Positions 1-5,530 of a stretch of 5,530 nt of DNA are shown one piece after another (within the stretch, counting starts at the first letter, position 1; each line of letters begins with the position of its first letter). The notes beneath the pieces were generated by a model that saw only the letters and a list, made by a program, of their open reading frames with translations, ran no database searches and was not told the DNA's origin. A program made the translations under genes and the position numbers. The stretch covers positions 1 to 5,530 of the forward strand of contig NW_021830018.1 in NCBI RefSeq assembly GCF_006345805.1, in the 5' to 3' direction. This DNA is from Octopus sinensis (taxonomy: Eukaryota).

Positions 1-393
1 AGCTTCGGCCTGTTAGATTTTGTCAGACATTTTGACTAAAGCTAGCTGACCGAAACTTCGAAGCCAATATCACCCCTCAACTTGTTTAATAAACGTGTAC
101 TGCACAACAAAGTATTAAGTAATTCTTAAGTTCGATGTTTAAAAGAGTTCAAGCCGGTCGCTAACAAAGCGACAAGACTTGTTGAGTTAAAAGAATTTTC
201 GGTGTTTGTAAATATGTGATTCAGTTGGTGTGTGTTGGCTCAGTTGTTGATGTACCCAAACGTGTGCATCTGCTCACCTAAAATATTTCAGATGTATGTG
301 TGTATGTTCGGCGTGTAAATGTCACTCGTCCTTCGAGATGTTGTAGTCAAATCCCGCCTTAGAGAAAAGACTCTGGATAACAGAGTCCGCTTA

Positions 394-396
<3 letters not shown>

Positions 397-435
<39 letters not shown>

Positions 436-476
436 TCACTCACATACACACACACACACACTCACATACACACACA
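397..476. repeat. (CA)n microsatellite with CTCA/CATA interruptions
   Basis: Read directly: pure CA run 397-430, then ctcactcact and cata interruptions to 476. Confidence 0.97.
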
Positions 477-628
477 AAGAAAAAACAAATGGAGAGATGT
501 TGCATAATGGTGGTAATGTCTGCAGAAAATATTTGAGGGAGTAAAACGAAATAAAGATGTTTAGAATATTATTCTTAATCATAGTTCGGTTCGATTAAAG
601 TTTACCTTGCACCAAACTGCAGCGAAGT

Positions 629-889
629 GGAGGCGCGTGGCTTAGTGGTTAGGGTGTCAGCACCATGATCGTAAGATTGTGGTTTCGATTCCTGGACCGG
701 GCGACGCGTTGTGTTCTTGAGCAAAACACTTCGTTTCACGTCGCTCCAGTCCACTCAGCTGGATAAAATGAGTAACGCTGCGATGGACTGGCGTCCCATC
801 CAGCTGGGGAGCACATACGCCATAGAAACCGGGAAACCGGGCCCATGAGCCTGGTTAGCCTTTAAAAAGGGTGCATTTATTTTTATTTT
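629..889 (+). mobile_element. tRNA-derived SINE, group A1 (MetaSINE-like central domain), full length
   Basis: A-box TGGCTTAGTGG at 638-648 and B-box GGTTTCGATTCC at 681-692. Next comes TTGTGTTCTTGAGCAAAACAC...CAGTCCACTCAGCTGGATAAAATGAGTA, which from memory resembles the Meta-domain of MetaSINEs. The 3' domain is shared with the 1450 copy and there is a TTTA-type tail. Candidate target-site duplication: caaactgcagcga (613-625) vs caaacgacagcga (890-902), 11/13 identical. Confidence 0.88.
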
Positions 890-975
890 CAAACGACAGC
901 GACACCGTAGACATACAAACAAATACAACACACGCACACACATACACAAAACTTTGTGTGATGAATAGAAGGAAG

Positions 976-992
976 AAAAAAAAAAAAAAAAA
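976..992. repeat. A17 homopolymer
   Basis: Counted directly. Confidence 0.95.
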
Positions 993-1189
993 GGTAACAT
1001 GAAGAAAAAGTTGTCAAAAATGACGTATCATGCGCAAAAATGTACCAGTAATCTTCATGGGTTGATTCAATTCTCCCTCTTTCGTTGACTTGACATAAAA
1101 GTGCCTTTTCTGTCGAATCAACAAAAAAGTAAATTTTCTACCATCCTTCTTGTTGCTATTGCTGATGATGATTACGTTTTTATCAGACC

Positions 1190-1400
1190 CATCCCATTTC
1201 CGATCTGATCGAACAGTCAGACCAATGATCAAAATAAGTTCGAGCCGTGACTAACTAGCCTTTTTATTTTATGTCTAACACTACCATTATCCAATGTGCC
1301 TTTCTTTTTAAAAGACAGCAGGGTTTGTTTTGAGAGATATTCGACTTATTTCAAGCTTGCACGATAAACCACGCACAAGTTCCCTGCTAAGTACTAACGA
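1190..1400. repeat. Possible old, degraded interspersed repeat
   Basis: Segments such as accaatgatcaaa...agccgtgac and actaccattatccaatgtgcctttctttttaaagacagcaggg resemble octopus repeat sequence as I recall it. There is no second copy in the window, so this is unverified. Confidence 0.25.
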
Positions 1401-1449
1401 GGGAGTTTCTATGCCTCCTGTAATAGCAATTCACGATCTCTTAAAACTT

Positions 1450-1755
1450 GGAGACATCTGGCCTAGTGGTTAGAGCAGCGGACTCGCGGTCGAGGGATTA
1501 CGGGTTCGAATCTCAGACCGGGCGATGTGTGTATTTATGAGCGAAACACCTAAGCTCCACGCGGCTCAGGCAGAAGGTTATGGCAAACTTCTGCTGACCC
1601 TTTCGCCACAACTTTCTCTCATGTTTTCCTCCTGCATCTTGCAGCTTACCTGCGACGGACCGGCGTCCCGTCCAGGTGGGGAACCTATACGCCAAGGAAA
1701 CCGGGAAACCGGCCCTTATGAGCCAGGCGTGGCTCGAGAAGGAACAAACAACAAC
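1450..1755 (+). mobile_element. tRNA-derived SINE, group A2 (head and 3' domain like A1, different middle)
   Basis: A-box TGGCCTAGTGG at 1459-1469 and B-box GGTTCGAATCT at 1503-1513. The 3' domain 1650-1724 aligns with 778-851. A terminal stem-loop GAGCCA-GGCG-TGGCTC lies at 1720-1735 and an (AAC)n-like tail runs to 1755. Confidence 0.88.
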
Positions 1756-1762
1756 ATGCTAC

Positions 1763-2031
1763 AAATTACAATTGTTTCTGGCATAGGCACAGAGCCTGCT
1801 CAATCTAGTACTTGGCCGATCCTTTATTTTATTGCACCTGAAGATTTTTGGCGAGAGAGGGCTTGTAGATTACATCGCTCCCGGTGCTCAACTGGTACTT
1901 ATTTTATCGATCCTGAAAGAATGAAAAGTAAATTTGATCTCGACGGAATTTGAACTCAGAACTTACAGTCGGAAGAAATGCCGCTAAGCAATTTGTCCGG
2001 TGTGCTATCGATTCTGCCAGCTCGCCGCCTT
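1763..2031 (-). mobile_element. tRNA-derived SINE, group B, near full length with a 38-bp insertion in the tail
   Basis: The minus strand starts AAGGCGGCGAGCTGGCAGAATCG (A-box-like, plus 2009-2019). B-box GAGTTCAAATTCC is at plus 1945-1957 and the central GATAAAATAAGTACCAG module is present. It aligns with the copies at 2124-2272 and 2288-2493. Confidence 0.87.
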
Positions 2032-2041
2032 AACGTCGCCT

Positions 2042-2123
2042 TAATAATAATAATAATATAATAATAATAATAATAAATAATATTAATAATAATAATAATA
2101 ATAATAATAATGATAATAATAAT
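2042..2123. repeat. (AAT)n microsatellite, probably the expanded tail of the adjacent group B SINE
   Basis: Imperfect taa/aat run that directly abuts the SINE 3' end (aatcctttct at 2121). Confidence 0.93.
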
Positions 2124-2272
2124 CCTTTCTACAAGAGGTACAAGGCCTCAAATTTGTGGGAGGGGACTAGTTGATAACATCGACCCCAGTACTCCACTGG
2201 TACTTAATTTATCGACACCCGAAACGATGAAAAACAAAGTCGCCCTCGGCGGAATTTGAACTCGAAATGTAA
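2124..2272 (-). mobile_element. Group B SINE, 5'-truncated (B-box kept, A-box lost)
   Basis: The plus strand reads cctttcta...gcctcaaatttg...catcgaccccagt...ggtacttaatttatcgac...ggaatttgaactc (2251-2263). It is colinear with 1763-1965, and similarity stops near 2272. Confidence 0.85.
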
Positions 2273-2287
2273 TAAGAATTGGTTTTA

Positions 2288-2493
2288 ATATAGGATTGGC
2301 AACATTGTTAGAATGTTGGACGAAATGGCTTCGGTGTTTGATAAATGTTGGCTGTTAACGATCTGGGTTCAAATTCCGTTAAAGTAAGCTCCTTCTGGTG
2401 TCGATAAAATAAAGTTGCAGTCAAGTGCTGGGATCGATATAATTGCTTACTCCCTTTCACCAGTTTCTGGCCTTCTGCATATGTAGGAAATTA
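2288..2493 (+). mobile_element. Group B SINE, older and diverged, opposite orientation
   Basis: Degenerate A-box tggcaacattg (2297-2307), B-box gggttcaaattcc (2365-2377), gtcgataaaataa module (2400-2412) and tail ggccttctgcatatgtaggaaa. There is a small internal deletion after 2390. Confidence 0.75.
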
Positions 2494-2496
2494 CAA

Positions 2497-2514
2497 CACA
2501 CACACACACACACA
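2497..2514. repeat. Short (CA)n microsatellite
   Basis: Read directly. Confidence 0.9.
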
Positions 2515-2533
2515 CCACTAATGCACACATACG

Positions 2534-2741
2534 TTCTTCTGTTTTCTTTTTGTTTCAGTCATTTGACTGTGGCCATGCTGGAGCACCGCCTTTATTCGAG
2601 CAAATCGACCCCGAGACTTATTCTTTGTAAACCTAGCACTTATTCTATCGGTCTCTTTGCCGAACCGCTAAATTACGGGGGTCGTAAACACACCACCATC
2701 GGTTGTCAAGCGATGTTGAGGGGACAAACACAGACACACAA

Positions 2742-2791
<50 letters not shown>

Positions 2792-2976
2792 ACATATATA
2801 TTTTTATATACTTATACATATATACGACGGGCTTCTTCAGTTTCCGTCTACCAAATCCACTCACAAGGCTTTGGTCAGCCCCATGGTGCCACGTAGTGGG
2901 ACTGATCCCGGAACCATGTGATTGGTAAGTAAGCTACTTACCTGGTAAGTAAGCTACTTACCACAAAGCCACTCCT
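2534..2976 (-). mobile_element. tRNA-derived SINE, group C (CORE-like, probably related to octopus OR-type SINEs), with internal microsatellite
   Basis: The minus strand starts AGGAGTGGCTTTGTGG (A-box, plus 2961-2971), with a degenerate B-box at plus 2898-2909. A 3' stem-loop CAGTC-ATTT-GACTG is at 2556-2569, followed by a simple tail. It is colinear with 3321-3849 but lacks about 25 bp near 2881 that the sister copy has. The family name is from memory. Confidence 0.9.
2744..2825. repeat. (CA)n then (TA)-rich tract inside the group C SINE
   Basis: (CA)n 2744-2794, then an irregular TA tract up to tatacgacgg. Confidence 0.93.
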
Positions 2977-3072
2977 CCATACATACATAACTACATACAT
3001 ACATTCATTCATTCATACACACATAAAGACTTATAGACATATACATGTATGTGTGTGTGCGCGCGTGTGTAT
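2977..3072. repeat. Mixed (CATA)n/(CATT)n/(TG)n low-complexity tract
   Basis: Read directly. Confidence 0.8.
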
Positions 3073-3091
3073 GTTGATGTTTGCGTTGTTA

Positions 3092-3239
3092 TGTGTTTGT
3101 CGCTCACCGCCTGACAACCAGTTCTGGTTTGTTTATGTTCATGTAAGTTAACAGTGCAGCAAAAAAGGACGCACTAAGTACTAAACTTTAAAATAAGTAC
3201 TAGGGACGGTTTGTTTGAGGAAATCCTTCGAGCGGGGTG
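3092..3239 (+). mobile_element. Degraded 3'-half fragment of a group C-related SINE, opposite orientation to its neighbours
   Basis: tgtgtttgtc...caccgcctgacaacc matches the reverse complement of ggttgtcaagcgatg in both group C copies. It is followed by ctggtttgtttatgttc...gtaagtta and taagtact...aaataagtactaggg in the expected order. Confidence 0.7.
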
Positions 3240-3320
3240 GGGAGAAGGGACACAGGCAATCTACCCCGGCAAGTCTGCAATCGGCTGAAGGGGAATAAAA
3301 GGGGCTGTATCTCACTTCCA

Positions 3321-3628
3321 TTTATTGTTTTATTCTTTTGCTTGTTTCAGTCATTTGACTGCGGCCATGCTGGAGCACCGCTTTTTAATCGAACAAATCG
3401 TCCCCAGTACTTATTCTTTGCAAGCCTACAACTTATTCTATCGGTCAACCCTGCCAAACCGCTAAGTTACAGCGACATAAACACACTAGCATCGGTTGTC
3501 AAGCGATGTTGGGAGAGGGTGGACAGACAGACACAAATATATACACACACATATACACACACATACACACATACACACACACACACACACACATACATAC
3601 ATAGATACATACATACATACACACATAC

Positions 3629-3672
<44 letters not shown>

Positions 3673-3849
3673 TGTGTATGTGTGTGTATGTGTGTGTATA
3701 CGGCGGGCTTCTTTCCGTTTCCGTCTCTACCAAATCCACTCACAAGACTTGTCGGATTGAGGCAATAGAAGACCCTTGCCAAGGTGCCACGCAGTGGGGC
3801 TGAACCCGGAACCATGTGATCTATTTAATAAACTTATACAGCCACTCCT
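3321..3849 (-). mobile_element. Group C SINE with rearranged head and expanded internal microsatellite
   Basis: The minus strand starts AGGAGTGGCTGT, with B-box GGGTTCAGCCCC at plus 3796-3807. A CORE-like GGCACCTTGGCAAGGGTCTTC follows the head, and the tail stem-loop CAGTC-ATTT-GACTG is at 3348-3361. It is colinear with 2534-2976. Confidence 0.9.
3525..3700. repeat. Compound (CA/CATA)n-(AT)n-(TG)n microsatellite inside the SINE
   Basis: CA-type to 3628, (AT)n 3629-3644, TG-type 3644-3700. Confidence 0.95.
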
Positions 3850-3871
3850 GTATAAGTTTATTAAATAGATC
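3818..3871. other. Perfect inverted repeat with 24-bp arms and a 6-nt loop
   Basis: GATCTATTTAATAAACTTATACAG (3818-3841), loop CCACTC, CTGTATAAGTTTATTAAATAGATC (3848-3871). Checked base by base. Confidence 0.97.
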
Positions 3872-3880
3872 CTACACAAA

Positions 3881-4108
3881 TGTATGTGTGTATATATATA
3901 TATACACATGTCTATATATATATACACACATGTGTATATATATACACACACGTATATATATATATATATATGTATAACTCATACATACATATATATTTAT
4001 GTATATACATGCTTACATTCATATATGCATACGTGCATATATGTATATATATACACACACACGCGCGCGTGCACACACTCAAACACACACACATATATAT
4101 ACATATAT
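3881..4108. repeat. Compound TA/CA/TG/CG alternating purine-pyrimidine tract
   Basis: Read directly. Includes 20-22-bp units of the form tgtg(ta)n caca at 3887-3950. Confidence 0.9.
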
Positions 4109-4182
4109 AAACACGAAAAGTGGAAACAAAAGGTGGTGTGAAAATAGTTACCATAGACTACAAGAACTTCAAAATAGTGAAG

Positions 4183-4197
4183 CGTATGTGTGTGTGT

Positions 4198-4238
<41 letters not shown>

Positions 4239-4244
4239 TGTGTG

Positions 4245-4321
<77 letters not shown>

Positions 4322-4332
4322 GTGTGTGTGTA

Positions 4333-4365
<33 letters not shown>

Positions 4366-4382
4366 GAGTGTGTGTGTGTATG

Positions 4383-4414
<32 letters not shown>
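4183..4414. repeat. Long (TG)n microsatellite (about 230 bp) with TA, AG and CG variant units
   Basis: Read directly. Confidence 0.97.
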
Positions 4415-4567
4415 CTTTGAATATCAACGAATTGTAAAGAAACCATCAGCGAAATGTAGTCTGACAAAAATAGATTTGCTAGAATCGAACGTGAAATGAA
4501 AAATTGAAATTTAATTCAAAATTCTTTTATATAAAAATCAGAAGAAAGTTTCAGAAAGTTTCGCACA

Positions 4568-4574
4568 ACTTACC
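4568..4574 (-). other. 5' splice donor G|GTAAGT closing the coding exon
   Basis: Plus acttacc reads AAAATG|GTAAGT on the minus strand. Consensus +1 to +6, phase 0 relative to the reading frame. Confidence 0.7.
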
Positions 4575-4708
4575 ATTTTCAAGCATTCCACTCTGCAGCG
4601 TGCAACAGATAATTGGCTTTCATCAACGTTAATCGCCTCCGCTTTTTGGTTAATTCCACAACAGGCCATCAACAGACCAATAATATAGGATATCCCGTGG
4701 ATAAGCAT
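4574..4708 (-). CDS. Probable first coding exon (45 aa) of a secreted or type I membrane protein with an N-terminal Cys motif; anosmin-1-like candidate
   Basis: Hand translation: MLIHGISYIIGLLMACCGINQKAEAINVDESQLSVARCRVECLKM. Hydrophobic core ISYIIGLLMACCGI with an A-E-A cleavage motif at residues 23-25. An in-frame TGA lies five codons upstream (4721-4723) and a consensus donor follows codon 45 exactly. DES..SVARCRVECL resembles the anosmin-1 N-terminal DES...RARCASRCL as I recall it, which is too short to assign a gene. Confidence 0.72.
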
Positions 4709-4795
4709 TTGGAAGTTTCCTCATGGGGTGGGAGTTGGATAACAAGTATAGATATATATTTATATATATATAGGCAGATTGCGTGGTTGATTAGC

Positions 4796-4804
4796 AGATA
4801 GATT

Positions 4805-4891
<87 letters not shown>
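4796..4891. repeat. (GATA)n microsatellite, block 1
   Basis: 21 perfect GATA units at 4805-4888 plus partial flanking units. Confidence 0.97.
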
Positions 4892-5007
4892 GGGATAAAT
4901 ATATTAATGGATAGAGAGATGATTTGGTAGATAAATAGACAAGTTGATGGATGCGTAAAAGGACAGTAAAATAAATAGACAGATAGACAGACTGATGAAA
5001 AGATAGG

Positions 5008-5071
<64 letters not shown>

Positions 5072-5080
5072 GAGAGAAGA
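5008..5080. repeat. (GATA)n microsatellite, block 2, grading into (AG)n
   Basis: 15 perfect GATA units at 5010-5069. The spacer 4892-5007 looks like decayed GATA/GACA. Confidence 0.95.
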
Positions 5081-5530
5081 GATGTGAAGTTGTTGGCAGT
5101 TAAAGGTGGACGGAAGCGGAACAGGTAAAAAAAAAATAAACGAATAAATAAATTGAAGAATTAAAGGAAGTCAAAAGAATATGTAAACAATGGTACGGAA
5201 TCTTTAAATTTGTTTTTCTTGTTGGTTATTATTTGTCGGGACGGTCAGGGGTTGGTTTGTTTGTGTTTTAGGGGAAATACAGGAAGGGAGCGCTGTGTTG
5301 TGATGTTCATGCCTTAATCATATAGGTCACATTTGATGATAACTGCAATACCAGTAAAACGGCAATATGAAGAAGTGAAGTGAGGGCGGTTCCAACTGAG
5401 AATCGAAACCGGCTCGCGAAGTTGTGTTTCGCCGTGAACTCATACCCAACACGTCACTGCAACACGTTGCGGCTGCCGAAGAATCAAATCCAACGTTATT
5501 ATACTTGTGATAGATGTCAACAATACACAG

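Noticed and set aside
26-71. Hammerhead-ribozyme-like layout: gacatt-TTGACTA-aagctagctgacc-GAAA-cttcgaag-CC-aatatc
   Set aside because: The spacing recalls minimal Penelope-type hammerheads, but three core positions deviate (TTGACTA instead of CTGANGA, CC instead of UH) and stem II barely pairs. At best it is a dead relic. An Infernal search with more left flank would settle it.
369-387. Hairpin GACTCTG-GATAA-CAGAGTC
   Set aside because: A single 7-bp stem is expected by chance in 5.5 kb and has no supporting context.
629-705. SINE heads as genuine tRNA genes (also 1450-1520)
   Set aside because: A and B boxes are present, but the acceptor and anticodon stems do not close and the sequence runs into SINE body and tail.
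1162-1190. CTGATGA followed by a TGAT/ATCA stem
   Set aside because: The stem is followed by GACC, not GAAA, so the hammerhead core is incomplete.
755-1953. ORFs 755-1000, 1014-1232, 1513-1695 and 1525-1953
   Set aside because: Three run through SINE bodies, and 1525-1953 crosses two different elements. 1014-1232 has no recognisable motif or convincing splice boundaries.
2923-2962. Direct repeats as a CRISPR-like array, or a U1 snRNA fragment
   Set aside because: There are two abutting units with no spacer in a eukaryotic SINE head. The U1 match is only 11 nt and arises at the duplication junction.
319-4467. ORF-track proteins rich in HT, CV or YI dipeptides
   Set aside because: They are translations of (CA)n, (TG)n and (TA)n tracts, which lack stop codons in several frames. 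They have no domain content.
4543-4562. 10-bp tandem duplication AGAAAGTTTC x2
   Set aside because: Real, but an ordinary slippage product just inside the intron with no evident function.
5398-5460. B-box-like GGTTTCGATTCT on the minus strand
   Set aside because: No convincing A-box or SINE body follows.

Overview
Repeat-rich animal genomic DNA, very probably from an octopus. That assignment is an inference from SINE sequences I recognise from memory plus the very high microsatellite density; no database search was run. No prokaryotic features are present. The best coding signal is missing from the ORF track: a 135-nt minus-strand exon (4708->4574) encoding MLIHGISYIIGLLMACCGINQKAEA-INVDESQLSVARCRVECLKM. 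This reads as a signal peptide followed by an A-R-C-x3-C-L motif and ends at a phase-0 G|GTAAGT donor. If it is real, 1-4573 is intron. That interval holds seven tRNA-derived SINE copies and one SINE fragment from three structural groups, plus (CA)n, (AAT)n, (TA)n and (TG)n tracts; (GATA)n blocks lie upstream of the exon. Local rearrangements worth checking are a perfect 24-bp hairpin made by template switching in one SINE head, a 20-bp duplication in the sister SINE head that creates CAG|GTAAGT on the gene strand, and a 38-bp patchwork insertion. I judge all ORF-track entries to be repeat-derived or unsupported. I see no evidence for a new multi-gene system.
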